DNA of 64,000 nt from Chara braunii (GCA_003427395.1 BFEA01000024.1:5530721-5594720), one strand, 5' to 3'. Counted from the first letter of the stretch, positions 35,101 through 48,625 are shown. Made by a program: numbers and translations. Notes: generated from the letters alone by a model not told the origin.

Positions 35101-36927
35101 TCAATTTGTTAGTCGTAAACAAGTCTTGTCTGTTACTTACTGGACTACCTTCTTTGTCAGGTGGAAGAAGAACAAACACCTGATAAGTAGGGTTTTGTTG
35201 GGGTCAGCTCAAGCAAAAACTAATCCTAGCAGTTTGTGTTTTTTGCCTTAGCTGCCATGACCTTGTGGTCGGTGCTTCTATTAATTCCTTCTTCTTGTTC
35301 GGGCATGCAACAAATTCAACTGCCACATATATGCGCTCGTATCCTTCTTCCTTTTTATCTGCCCTAACAATCCAATCGTAACGTCGAATGCAATTATATA
35401 AAACCTTGTCGAGCCCTAGACGCGTCGACTCTCTACTCCCTAATTATATTTTTATCGCTTCAACAGTTCATTCCACTTGGCTTCTTCCGCCTATTTTCCC
35501 CCCTCGACCTCCGTGGTGGGGGAGGGGAATAATAATCTTACGCTTCTTACAGCATGCCACGTCAAGGCATGTGTTGCTTATCTCAAGTCCGACTGTCTTT
35601 TTTTTTTTCCTTTTCTATTAATCGTGCCCTTTTTTTTCGCGGTTGAAAAGGGTATTCTAACCATTTTTAATGCATGGTGTGCCAATGTGTGCGTAAGCGG
35701 ACCAATCTACTCGCTCACGAGCCTCGGCCCCATTGGTCAAGAGACTCGCCCTTAAAAGTCATTCTATCGAGTGTACGCTCTATTTACTTTGGATCGACAC
35801 TGTAATGATGATTGATACCTTGGCTGTGTCAATTATAAAAATAAATGCAAATACCCTTGTAAGGGTAGACAACGTGGCTGCTCAGCTGCGTGTCCTTGTC
35901 TTAAGCAAGTTTGGTTCAAAATTAGTATTTCAACGGTCGAGTATCCCAGCGACCTCACCAAAAAGCGAAATACAACCGGGTGCACCGGCGGTCATCACCC
36001 ATCATCCCCGGACATCGACAAGTATCCAAACTTAGGTTCCAAAATAAATTTTAGTCTTTCGGTCATAGGTTTCGTTTGAATAAGGCTTTTGTCAGATGTT
36101 TCAACCTCATTATATCAATAAAACAAAATTTTTGAATGTTTTATGATGCCTTGTTTAAGGTCGAAAACAACAAGCAGATACCCTTGTTAAACCATCAGTA
36201 TTTGGCTCAACTATGAAGTCTGAGCCTCTACCTACCGGTATGTTAAGCCGTGACGAGGATCGAACCACCGGGCACTTACTCCCGAGGCCTAGCTGCAAAA
36301 GAAAACGGGGGAAAAAAAAAAACAGACAAAAATAGATAAAGCAAAAAGTAAACGAGAGAAAGAAGGGACATACTCGTGTATAGAAACAAGAAAAAAAAAA
36401 TGGTTTCATTTCTGATGCTGTGGGGCAGAGAGAGAGAGAGAGAGAGAGATGGCGACTTGCGCGGAGGGCCACAACAATTTTGTCGGACCTCCCTCTCTTT
36501 CTCTCTCTTTCTCTTTCTCTCTCACTTGGCGCTGTTGAAAGTGCAGCATGGGAATAAATCCTTCTCGCGAAAGCGAGAGGACTCATTCCCAATTTTATCT
36601 TTCTAGGGAAACCAACCCTTACAGGCAGCGAAGAGGGTCAGTCAGATTCTCGTTCCGCTTCCGCTCGGGCTCTCCAGGACTGCACCCTTCGTCTTCACTG
36701 GGCCCATCCCGTACCATCTGGCACCCTCCATGCTGGTGCGCCCTCCCTCGCGGTGCCCGAGCCTTCGATATGCTCACCCGCGCCTTGCAACGCTGATCCT
36801 TTTGATTCCTGCGTGGAATTGAGAGCGGTGAAGCGAGGCCGTTTGTTCTACACCAGACACCTTTTTTCTCCCCCTGCGTGGGGGGGTGGGGGGGTGGGGG
36901 GAGAGAGNNNNNNNNNNNNNNNNNNNN

Positions 36928-36994
<67 letters not shown>

Positions 36995-37489
36995 GGTGAC
37001 CTGCGCGGAGGGCCGCAGCAGACTTGCCGGACCTCCCTCTCTCTCTCACTTTTCTTTCTCTCTCTCACTTGCAGCATGAGAATGAATCCTTCTCACAGAA
37101 GTCGACCCCGAGGGTGCTTGAAGCGTCGCAGAACTCGGCGCGTGCTGGTCGACTACACCTAAAATTTTTGTCGATCCATTTTCAATTTTCTTTTTATTAC
37201 TTTTATTGCCTATTATTAGGTAAAAAAGCGTAATAAGCCAAGCCAAGGTTACCCAGCGGAAATTCGTCGGATGCTAATTAGAGGTGGACCCCACTGCTTT
37301 GTGGCAAAGCTTTGGAACCCCAAGGGTGCTTGAATCGTCGCAGAAGTTCTACACCTAGAATTGTTTGTCGGTCCATTTTTAATTTTATTTTTATTACCTA
37401 TTATTGTCTATTATTAGGGTAAAAGTATAATAAGCCAAGCCAAGGTTACCCAGAGGAAATTCGTCGAATCGGATCGGATGCTAATTAGA

Positions 37490-37650
37490 GGTGGACCCCA
37501 CTGCTTTGCGGCAAATCTTTGGAAGACAATTTGTGAGACCCCACTGCTTTGCAGCAAAGCTTTGGAAGAAGATTTGTGAGACCCCACTGCTTTGGTGCAA
37601 AGCTTTGGAAGATGATTTGTGAGACCCCACTGCTTTGCGGCAAAGGTTCG
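37490..37650. repeat. ~42-bp minisatellite (about 4 copies) with a palindromic core GCTTTGC-G-GCAAAGC
   Basis: GAGACCCCACTGCTTTGCGGCAAAGCTTTGGAAGA.GATTTGT repeated; an extra copy at ~37286 lies within a 37170-37520 duplication. Confidence 0.85.
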
Positions 37651-39953
37651 GAAAACGCTGACAAATGACGTAGCAAGCGTTTCCACTCAGTTTGGGGTTT
37701 GGTTTTGCCCGTCCCTTGGGGCTCGGTCATTCCTGAGGGGGTAGGGGAGGGGCAAACCCATAGCATGTGGAATGGAGAGCCAGCGATTGGACGGGCACCA
37801 AGACAAGAGGATGTGAGGTTTCTGTATAGGGAAAGTTTTCCCTATTGGGTAACCAGCAACGACGGACCTGCCGAAAATTCGTTCTGCAGTGGGGTCCTCT
37901 TTTCTGTTTCCCATCGCCGGGCCCTCCGATTTGGGTTTGGCGGAAGCTTTCCGCCTGGAAAGCTTCCGCCAGGCTAGGCAGACGGGTCCAACTCTTAGTC
38001 CTCCCTCTTCAGAGGAGGTCGTGCTTGCACGGCGAGTGGAAACCATGGGATCTCGCTATCCGCCGCGCATTTCAGTAGTCTGTAGTCAATCAAATCAAAT
38101 CTAAGCTGGCCGAGAATGTTGGACCAGACCTGCAGTTATGGGGTATGTCCGACTTCTTGGGGTGACCAAGGGTCAAATTCGAGTCGCTAGAGTAGGTGGT
38201 TAACGACTGACGGGTCAAAAATGAAAAAGGAAAAACTGAAGTAGGTTTGGATGGTGAAGTACGGTAGTGGTCCGTACTTCCCAGCCGCCGACTGGTCGTG
38301 CAATGTTGGTCGTCAGGCGAGTTAGGTCTGTCCACTGACCGATCGTCCATTGGCCCGAGTCTGCAACAGCCTCCCCGCAGATGTCATCAAGTGGCTGTGA
38401 CTGGTCCGTTTCATACGTCATCGATCTGGTCAATAGATCAATTAAGTAATGGACTTATTTGCTTGCTTGCTTGCTTGAATGATTGAATGATTGATCGATG
38501 GGTCGTTGGTACAGGAGGACGATTAACGGTCAATCAACGACATAAATCAAGTTAGACTCGTCGTTAGTCGTTCGATTTGTGGCTTTGTCATCACTCATCA
38601 TCCGTGTTTGGCATGAAGCGGACTTTTTACTTTCCCCCCGCGCGGGAAAAGGGGATTTGAAATCGTCTTCATATTGGGACGGCCTTTCACGCGGGAGAAG
38701 AGCGGCTTTTACGCTGCGCGGCGATTGCTTTCGGCGGGAGAGAAGAAGGGGGGGGGGGGNNNNNNNNNNNNNNNNNNNNNNNNNNNGGGGAGGGGAGGAT
38801 TAAGGGGGAAGGGAAGGGGTATCGCGGACAGGATCGTCATGGCGTGCCTGGCGCTTTCGTTGCAAAATGTTCAGGGCCAAGATCTGCTTCTGCAAACGTA
38901 AGTGCCCATTTTTCCCCCTCCTTTTTTCCTATCAGTTCAGGACTTTTTTTTCTTAATTCTTGAGTCCCCTGACCTGTTTTTCCTTTTGTTTTTCCAAACT
39001 AGAGAACCAGGCCGTGGCCGTATTTTCTGCTCGTAGGAGCAAGCGATTACAGTCCTCCTATAAGGATTCCTCCCTATCAACCAGCACTCCCCCCCCCCCC
39101 CCCGGCCCGGGATAGCTCTTCATCATCCCTCCCTCCGCCACTGTTTCACTCCTCCCCTCGGCGCCCCTACATTCTCCTCCTCTCTCACTTCCTCTCTCCC
39201 TTCCTCTCTGTCTGTGCTCTCTCTCCTCCTCTCTCTGTCTCCCCTTCATCTTCTCTTTGAATTACGGCTGGCGGATCGAGGAGGGAGGCTGGCAGCAACC
39301 ACACAAACCTCCCCTCACTCCCCGTAGAGGATGATGTGGCGTTCATGTCTGTGCTGGAGGCTGTATATATTAGAATGTATGTATGTATCCGTGAGAGGGG
39401 AAGGGAGGGAAGGGTGGAGGTTGGGCAGAAGGTGGAGGGGAGTAGTAGTATGCACGGAGGAGAGGTGATGTCCTTACTGGTATTGAGAAGGAAAGGCCGA
39501 TCATAAAAACCCGGTGGCGGGAATGAAAGAAGCAGTAGAGGCCGGAGAAGGAGCGGGAAAAGGCGGGAAAAGGAGCGGGAAAATTAGCGGGAAAAGGCGG
39601 GAAGGCGCGATGCGAAGGGGGCGGGAAGAAGGCTGACATGATCATGGTTTGTGGAGGCGGGAAAAGGAGTGTTTGTCGTCTGTGGTGGACGATCGTGCGG
39701 GGAGTGAAGAGGAGGGAGAAGGACGCGTGGGGATCACAGATGGGATAACGATATAGCGCGAAAGAATGGGTGAGGTAATCATCGGCCGGCCACGTGGCGG
39801 GGAAGTGAAAACTGTCAAGCAATGGGTAAGAGAAGGACATTGTGAAGACTTGTTATTCGAATTGATGGCAAAACGCAGACAAACGAACGCACGAGCGAAC
39901 GAACGAACGAACGGACGGACGAAGGAACGGATGGATGGGATGGACGGGATGGA

Positions 39954-40060
39954 CGGTCTTCGCTCGAATACAACGCACGCTCAACCTATAACTGTATCGG
40001 ATCGGAAAGATAGCTTATACACATGCATGATCAGGGCGCGTTGTATTCGGGTGAAGACGG
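39954..40060. mobile_element. ~105-bp MITE (Tc1/mariner-pogo-like termini)
   Basis: Inverted ends GTCTTCGCTCGAATACAACGC / GCGTTGTATTCGGGTGAAGAC; relatives at 40984-41089 and 62174-62260. Confidence 0.55.
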
Positions 40061-40477
40061 CAATGGATCAGGGGAAAGGGAGGAGCGAAGGGAGGGGAGG
40101 GAGGGAGAGGGAGGGAGAGGGAGGAAGGGGAGGGAAGGAGAGGGAGGGAGAGGGAATTAGAGTAATGACATAATCAGCGGGAGTGCATTGTCGCTGAAGT
40201 TTCTGGATATGGAAGGAAAAGTAGGTCATCAGAGGTCGGGATAAGTAAGTAAAGAGAGGGAGGGGAGGGAGGCAGAGGGAGGAAGCGCAGGGAAGCAGAG
40301 TGAGGGAGGGGAGTGAGGGGAGGAAGGGAAGGAAAAGGGAGGGAAGTGAGGGAGAGGAAAGAAAAGGGAGGGAGGGGAAAGAGAGGGAGGGAGGGATCTA
40401 GTAGATGATTAATGTCGTAATAAGCAAGAGAATGAAGTTTCTGGACATGGAAGGAAGGAAGATAGGTCATCAGACAC

Positions 40478-40843
40478 CCGGATAAGGAAGTAAAGAGAGA
40501 GATCCATGAGCATTCGGACGGGTAAAGATGGAGACAACACAAAAAGCAACACGGTGAATTGAGAATTAGAGAGGAATGAATCAAAGGAAGAAGAGAAATA
40601 AAAGAGAAAGGAATGAGGTTTAGTAAAGAAAGGAAAAGGATATAAATATACACGAAGTATCAGGGATCCGGATAAGGAAGTAAAGAGAGAGATCCATGAG
40701 CATTCGAACGGGTAAAGATGGAGACAACACAAAAAGCAACACGGCGAATTGAGAATTAGAGAGGAATGAATCAACGGAAGAAGAGAAATAAAAGAGAAAG
40801 GAATGAGGCTTAGTAAAGAAAGGAAAATGATATAAATATACAC
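40478..40843. repeat. ~180-bp purine-rich tandem duplication
   Basis: 40478-40653 is nearly identical to 40667-40843. Confidence 0.9.
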
Positions 40844-40983
40844 AAAGGATTATGTACATATGTACAAATGCATATATCTATATATGTATATATGTCTATT
40901 CAACTGCAATGGAATGAAGGGGGGGGCTAGAAATAATTCTTGAAAAGGAACAGTGTATGCTATGCGATCTGAAACGAGTCCCA

Positions 40984-41089
40984 CCATCTTCACCCGACTA
41001 GAACGCCCGGTCATTATCGCCGCATCTGGACTGGAAGTGGCCCCAAATACGGCTATAATGACCGGGCGTTCTATTCGGGTAAATACGAT
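40984..41089. mobile_element. ~105-bp MITE, same family as 39954-40060
   Basis: TIR ATCTTCACCCGACTAGAACGCCCGGTCATTAT / ATAATGACCGGGCGTTCTATTCGGGT. Confidence 0.65.
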
Positions 41090-41862
41090 AGTAAAGCACT
41101 GCGATCAGAGATTTTGTCAACCCGGGCCTTCTTCCACTCCTCCTTCCCCCTCCCCCCTACCTCTCCCTCCCCCGCCTTTCTCCCCCTGGCCCTCCTCTCG
41201 CCCCCCCCTCGCCCCCCAATTCACCCAAATGAAAGAAAGGGAAAGAGAGAGAAAAGCGAGATAGTAAAAGAGAAGGCGAAAAGAAAGCTCGATGGAAATT
41301 GATTCCTTCTAGAGTGGTACTACATCTAAATATGTACATTAATTAATTAACAAATAATAAATGTAAAAGAAGTCCGAAAGGTCCGTGCTTCTTCCTCCCA
41401 CCAGTTGGTGAAGCCCCCTCTCGACGCGGAAGGGCACAAAAGAATATACCCCCATGTACTCTATAATCGGGGAGGGTGGGGTCTTTTCCAGTTTACTAGG
41501 ATGTTCGGACTCTCCCATGGTAGACACCTCCTACCTTTTCTTTTCTTCTTTTTTTTTTTTTTTGGTAGTCGACTCTTAGCTACCAAGATATAGGTCGGCG
41601 GTTGGAAACGAAGAAGTCATTCTGGGGTAACAATGGGTCTCAACCTCGGGATGGTGATTCCTTCAGTAGCAGGGTTTTTTTTTTGAGCAAAATCTCGTGG
41701 TATAATTGGTTTATAATATCTGATAGAAAAAAGAAAACAAATAAGAGCACACCAGTTTGTCTGTGATGAGTACATGCGGAGTTGTAATGATTGTTGACGA
41801 GTGCATGTACGGGAAACAGTCAGTCTATGGCCACTGTTTTTCACGATTAATTCTCCTTCCCN

Positions 41863-42520
41863 CTGTTTCTCTCTGTAGGTTTTGTCCTTACCTGTCAGTT
41901 TTGTCCTTGTGTGTTTTGTCTTGTATGTCTGTTTTCTTCTTATCCGTTTTGCCTTATATGTCTGTTTTGTGCTTGTCTCGCTGTTTTGTCCTTATCGATT
42001 TTGTCTTATGTATGTCTGGTTTGTGCTTGTCTGCGTTTTTTGTCGTTATCTGTTTTGTGCCGTCTGGTTTGTGTTTGTCTGCCTGTTCTGTCGTTATCTG
42101 TTTTATGCACGTCTGTCTGTTGTGTCTTATTTAGGGCCTGTCTTGTGCGTGTCTGTCTTTTTTGTCTTATATACGTCTGTTTTGTGCTTGTCTGTCTGTT
42201 TTGCCGTTACTGCATGTCTATCTGTTCTCTGTCTGTTTTGTCCTTACCTTTTTTGTCTTACGTATTTCTATTTTGTGCTGGTCTGTCTGTTCTTATCTGC
42301 TGCGTGCCCGTCTGTCTGTTCTGCCTTATATAGGTCCTGTTCTGTGCTTGCCTGTCTGTTTTATTCTTGTCTGTTTTGTCCTATATATGTCTATTTTGTG
42401 ATTGTTTGCCTGTTTTGTTGTTATCTGTTTTGTGCGTGTCTGTCTGTTCTGTCTTATATAGGTCCTGGTCTGTGCTTGTCTGTCTGTTTTGTCTTATGTA
42501 TGTCCCGTTCTATGCTTGTT
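41863..42520. repeat. Degenerate TGTC/TTTTG-rich minisatellite
   Basis: Recurrent TGTCTGTTTTGTC(C)TTAT / TTTTGTGCTTGTCTG units. Confidence 0.85.
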
Positions 42521-42643
42521 TTGAATGTATGTATCTCCAGGAGGCAATGGTTCCCGCCAGTGAGAGCAGCTGCAGCTGCCACAAGCTTCAAGGAGAAGCG
42601 GAAGTCTAGCGCTGAGGGAGGCGCTGAAGGGTACGTACTACGT

Positions 42644-42681
42644 CTGTCTCTTATACACATCTAGATGTGTATAAGAGACAG
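42644..42681. other. Nextera mate-pair junction adapter (artefact)
   Basis: Exact 38-bp junction sequence. Confidence 0.98.
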
Positions 42682-43540
42682 CCCCCCCGGCCGCGCGCCC
42701 TTCTCGGTTTTATGAAGTTGACCACTGGCTTATGTAAATAACACTCTCTCTCTGCTGGATCCGTCCTGTCACACACCGACTGATCCGATGGGGGGGATTA
42801 CATCGTCGCGGTCGCACAGTCGCACAACCGAACAAGGTGCAAATTACGTCCTTATCTCGCTGCTACCGTAGTAGATCGATGTCCCTTGAAGGAGTTGGCT
42901 TAGCCGAGAGGCCTCTTGTGTCCTCCGCCTACCCAATCCCCCTCCTTTTCTATTACTCTTTTCCCTCTCTTCACCCAATGCTACGCTTTTCCCCCCATTA
43001 TTTTCGCCCGCCAACGTAATTATTATTGCAGTGAATGCTAATTTACTATACTGGAGTGCGATCGCCTAAATTTTCTAGAAAAAATATATAGATCTATGCT
43101 TATTTTTACAAAAATCCCTTGTCCAGTGTTTTTTTTTTTTGGGTCTAATATAGAGAAAGAAAAAGATGTTCAGTCTTTTATCACAGTTAGTAAAATAGAA
43201 AGTAGATTTAAGCTTTGTTTAAAAGATCTGGAGAATTAACATTTATTAAAGGTAAAAGGATGCGTTTAACTATGCACAGAAAAAGGCGAAATCTGATGGA
43301 GATTGGAAACCAGAAGAGACAAGGACGTTAGAATAAATATGAAAAAAAAGGTGGAGAAGGACGTAGGATCGAGGGGGATTTGCTTCCCCCCCCCCCCTCC
43401 TTTACCCCCGCAAATAAACCACATCCACCCCTCGGAAAATTGGGCCACTATCCTACCTCCTGACAAATCGGTCCAAATCGGTCCAAATCGGTTCGAATGG
43501 AGCCAAGTCCCGCCCCCCTGACGATAAGATGCAATCTGGT

Positions 43541-43690
43541 TGGTACTAATTTTGGTGCTAATTTGGTACTAATTTTGGTACTAATTCGGGATAAGATGAA
43601 ATTAGTGCCAAAATTAGTACCAAATTAGTACCAAATTAGTACCAAAATTAGTGCCAAAATTTTGCCACTAATTTCGGATAAGATGAAATA
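43541..43690. repeat. Inverted array of ~12-bp units (TGGTACTAATTT / AAATTAGTACCA)
   Basis: About 4 units in one orientation followed by about 5 in the other, punctuated by GATAAGATG. Confidence 0.8.
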
Positions 43691-43993
43691 TGTCAGAGAC
43701 AGCAGCCCTGGAGCTTCACTGAGTATATTCTAGGAAATGCAATCACTACCTGCCTACTGTGATAAGAGCTGGGGTGGTTCGATTTGCCGGGCTGTACAGC
43801 GGAGGTAGCACCACGCTCTCAGCGACACCTGTCGAGTCTAGACTCGACTGTTTAATGGAGAAAGACAACCAACGTAAGGATACCCAAAAAAACTCGAGTC
43901 TAGACTGTAGAGGTGTCGTAGAGACTGTTTGAGGGAGAAAGACAACCTCTAGAGTCTAGACTCGACTTTTTTTGGGTAACAGACATAAGGATA

Positions 43994-44025
<32 letters not shown>

Positions 44026-46938
44026 AAGCGTTCGAAGTACGACACGGGGTTAAAAGAGACACCTGTGTAAATTTGGTCTAAATCGGTTTTCTTCCTCCCC
44101 AGCTCGCATCCCCACAGTTGTGAACTGGGGGATGGAACGAACGGATCTCGGAGGAAAACTCTGAGAGGTTTTTTGAGGAGTGTGCAAGTTTCACTGCTGT
44201 CCTGTACGGTGGATCAAGAAGCAAATTTTTGCTGCAACGGACGGACGATGCAGAGTGCAAGGGACCTGACTGTCCACAACTTGCCAGAGTGTATCACATT
44301 GCATGCCAAGATATCATTCATGCAGATTATGAAGCTTCACACAAAGCAAAGTCGAGATGGAATGAGAACCAAGGTAGCGCAGCTTATATTATCACAACAA
44401 CATTATAAAGAGTATCTTAAGAGTTCAAGAGTAAAGCGCTGAATAGTATCACAAGTCTCCCTCGTTCATCAACAACACAGGGGCCTGGCTCTGCCAGCGC
44501 CTCCTCCAGATGACAATACAACACAGAACAGGTAAGTATCCACCATAGGCAACTCAGGAACCTGTCCCTCTCTCTCTCACTCTCTCTCTTCTCTCTCAAG
44601 ATCCCTTGTCTTGGTCCTCCTGTCCCACCATACATGCACACTCCTACTACGATAATCTACTCTGAATGCTGCTCACTGAAGACTACCTCTAACCCTTCTA
44701 CATCTACTGGCGCAGCTATGGCTGCTTCTGCCAGCCAGCGCCCAGCCCCTTCTCTCCTCTTGCACAGCTTCTTCTGCCTGCGCTTCCCCAGCATGCTAGC
44801 GCACAAGTGCCTTCAGCACTTCCACGCAACAATGCCACTGGAGATCTGTCGTGTGGGGAGGCTGGCTTGGTTTCTTATACTGCTGGCCTCCCTTCGCGAG
44901 GTCTGCATTGACACACTTGGGTCTTCCCTGTCCCAGACCTCTGCAGTGTGTGTCCCAGTACCTTTTCCTTCAGGGTCTGCTGCTGCTGCGGCCTTCAGGC
45001 CTGAATTTCAGACTTGGGGTCTGAACCTAGACCTCATGTTGGACTTTGACTGGACTGGGACCTGATCTTTGACTTCCCTTCGAACAGACAACTTCAGTCC
45101 GAGCAGACGCACCTACTGCCCGAACAGACACATGCACTGCACGAACAGACACATCTCCTGCTTGAACAGACATGACTTGCACACCCTCTGGATGAACAGA
45201 TGTGTCTTCCACAATTGAATACTGCAACTGTTCGTCCAGGGGTACAACCGTGACCTTTGACCTGACTTTTGCTTTAGTTAGGATGTGACTTTTGACCCAG
45301 AGAACAGGCCTTTTGATCTGCTTTTCACGAGTTGGGTTCTGGCCGAGTGACCCCACTATGCTGCATTCGTCATTCAAGGTCTGAATCGGGTAAAGGCCCT
45401 TTTAAGAGAGTCTGTACATGGGGGCAAAGCTCCCCACCTCTCCATCTTTGGGAGAGTGATGGTGATTAACAGCTCGTTATTCTGGCTGCTTTGGTTTGTC
45501 GCTGCCGTAAGACCTTTTTAGGGAAACAGCTATGCAGCTCGATCAGAAGGATAGCAGCTAAGTTCGATCTGGGAAAAAAAAAAAAAAAAGTTCTATCTGG
45601 AAACCTTTCGCTGGAGATGATGCAGGAGAGGATTCATGTCCAAAGTTGCGTGCGAACTATTGTGCTTCTCAGAGACGGAAGGGGTGCCTGGGTTTGATTG
45701 ACCTTGATTCAGATGGCAAAGGTATTGATTGCCAATGGTTGATTAACGCCAGCTGATGCTCCCCGGAAGAAGCTCATTCTCATTGGATGGCCTTGGCTGA
45801 GGAAATCCTATCTTCAGAATGGATGGAATCTGAAAAGACCCTCTGATGATGTTTGGACCTGCTGCCTTCTCTTGGCCTCCTTCCAGAAAAAAACGGGTGA
45901 TTAAGTCGGGATTGTCTTAGAAAGCAGTAAATTTTGCTTGGAGGAAATGAAAACCGAATTCTTGGCTCCTGCCAGTCTCCAAGGCCGAAGTTCTGCTCCA
46001 ACCTCTTTTTTTTGAACATCTTGAAGTCGGATGGTACGTGGTTCTCTGCGGACTCTTCCCGTTCAGTTTTGGAATGGAAATGGATCGAACGTGGTGTGGT
46101 AAGAACTGCACAGATGATATGCGGAATGAGTTGGAAAATCAATGGATTTCTGCCGCAGCCCTGAGGGCGTTGTTAGTTAGGTCAGGTATGGTTCGTGGAA
46201 GAAAGATTTTCTGACGTCGTTGATGCAATTTCGGACCAATGGAGATTTATTATGAGCCCGGAAGGCATCGATGGACTCCCCGGGAACCCGGTACATCAAC
46301 CAGTCCCCGGGGGGTCAACCGTCGTTTTGGGAACTTGTTGGGATAGACCCTAGTGGGAAGAGAGGGAATTTCAGTGCTGGGAAGGCGCCAGGCCGGACAA
46401 ACCTGGTACGCTAATTCAACGAGAGAGGCCCATCCCCCCCCTCTCTCTTCCTCCCCCCCCCCCCCCCCCCCCCCCCCTTCCCTCTTTATCTGCAAAGTTA
46501 ACCCAAATAAGGGTCTGGGAAATCTGTGATGAGGGTCGTAACTGGAACTGCAATGCAAAGTCTTATCGNNNNNNNNNNNNNNNNNNNNNNNNNNNNNNNN
46601 NNNNNNNNNNNNNNNNNNNNNNNNNNNNNNNNNNNNNNNNNNNNNNNNNNNNNNNNNNNNNNNNNNNNNNNNNNNNNNNNNNNNNNNNNNNNNNNNNNNN
46701 NNNNNNNNNNNNNNNNNNNNNNNNNNNNNNNNNNNNNNNNNNNNNNNNNNNNNNNNNNNNNNNNNNNNNNNNNNNNNNNNNNNNNNNNNNNNNNNNNNNN
46801 NNNNNNNNNNNNNNNNNNNNNNNNNNNNNNNNNNNNNNNNNNNNNNNNNNNNNNNNNNNNNNNNNNNNNNNNNNNNNNNNNNNNNNNNNNNNNNNNNNNN
46901 NNNNNNNNNNNNNNNNNNNNNNNNNNNNNNNNNNNNNN

Positions 46939-48163
46939 CGTGAGGGACATATCTGTAAATATAGAAATATGGGCCCAGTACTAACTCGATTTTCCTACAG
47001 CTACCCTAACTGCGAATAGCGGACCCGGGCTACCCCTAGGACAGACAGGCCCTATGGGCCTACGCTGATAGACGGTCCTATAGCCTACAGCCGGGTAGGG
47101 AGAGGCCCTAGAGGCCGAAACAGAAACGGTACCGGTCGGTCAGTCAGTCCGGTCTAGGTCGGTCTAGGCTAGTAATAGAGTATAGATAGGATAGGGGCAT
47201 CGGTCCTGGGCTTTTGGCAGTTGACACTTCGTGGTGGAAGTCGCTGTGCACACGGTATCAGTTCGTGGTTGCTGATTCCTGTGGTGGAGACGATGGACAT
47301 AGCCAGACCTTCGGAGCGCTGACCGGACTGGGGTCACGCTGTCCACTCTGACCCTCTGGGAGTCGAAGCGGTCTGGGCTATCAGAGGTCTTATGCGTTGG
47401 AGCACGTGGTGCACTGCTGACCCTCCTCAGGAGTAGGGTCCCAGTGGCGATGCAGCCATAGCTGCATCTTCTCAGAGATTATCATCGTCTGGACTTCATC
47501 TTCATCAAGGACTGTTGGCGCTGAGCTTCTTCTCCATCATCTGGGTGGCGATTGGCTCTGGGAGCCTGTTTCACGTTGGCGCAGGCCATTGAGTTGGATG
47601 TCAGGGTGGCGCTATGGGCCTACGCTGATAGACGGTCCTATAGCCTATAGCCGGGTAGGGAGAGGCCCTAGAGGCCGAAACAGAAACGGTACCGGTCGGT
47701 CAGTCAGTCCGGTCTAGGTCGGTCTAGGCTAGTAGTAGAGTATAGATAGGATAGGGCAATCGGTCCTGGGCTTTTGGCAGTTGGCACTTCGTGGTGGAAG
47801 TTGCTGCGCACACGGTATCAGTTCGTGGTTGCTGATTACTGTGGTGGAGACGACGGACATAGCCAGACCTTCGGAGCACTGACCGGACTGGGGTCACGCT
47901 GTCCGCTCTGACCCTCTGGGAGTCAAAGCGGTCTGGGCTATTAGAGGTCTGATGCGTTGGAGCACGTGGTGCACTGCTGACCCTCCTCAGGAGTAGGGTC
48001 CCAGTGGCGATGCAACCATAGCTGCATCTTCTCAGAGATTATCATCATCTGGACTTCATCGTCATCAAGGACTGTTGGCGCTGAGCTTCTTCTCCATCAT
48101 CTGGGTGGCGATTGGCTCTGGGAGCCTGTTTCATGTTGGCGCAGGCCACTGAGTTGGATGTCA
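46939..48163 (+). repeat. 5' LTR (46939-47603) with a tandem partial duplicate (47612-48163, 560-bp period)
   Basis: Both copies end in ...GGATGTCA followed by GGG-TGGCGCT. Confidence 0.75.
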
Positions 48164-48166
48164 GGG

Positions 48167-48175
48167 TGGCGCTGG
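48167..48175 (+). promoter_or_regulatory. Candidate primer-binding site TGGCGCTGG
   Basis: Starts with TGG, 3 nt after the CA end of the LTR. The cognate tRNA was not identified. Confidence 0.55.
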
Positions 48176-48625
48176 TTGTTACCTGGGGTTTCGATGCTAT
48201 TTTTAGCTGTCCAGGGTGTTGGGGTTGAGGCGCTACCCCTCTGAGGGTGGCGCAACAGGGTTCTGAGGTTATTCAGGGAAAACGATGTTCTTAGTTTAAT
48301 AAACAGTTATAATGCTGTGTTTGAGTTGTCATCTCTTCATTGATTTCTGGCTGTGATCACTCGGTTGTCTTCTATGAATGATTGTTGGGATCTGTGTGGA
48401 GAGAATTCACAGTTTGTGTTCTGTCACTTCGCTCCTCTGAGTCTTCCGCTGCGTTTCTCTCTGTTGGGCGGTGTGATACTCCACTATCTCTCCCCTTCCT
48501 TCTGTGCATGTATGGGCGTGTACGGGAGTTCCTGTGAGTGAGTGTTGAGAAAATTTCAACAGACAATCATGTTCATAACAGTTGCTCCCTGGATCTAGTA
48601 AAGAAAACTAGATTAGCAAAAGGAA

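Noticed and set aside
37490-37650. CRISPR-like palindromic repeat
   Set aside because: Units are head-to-tail with no unique spacers; this is a minisatellite.
41757-42664. Cys/Leu/Val-rich membrane-protein-like ORFs
   Set aside because: Translation of an A-poor minisatellite that is open in several frames.
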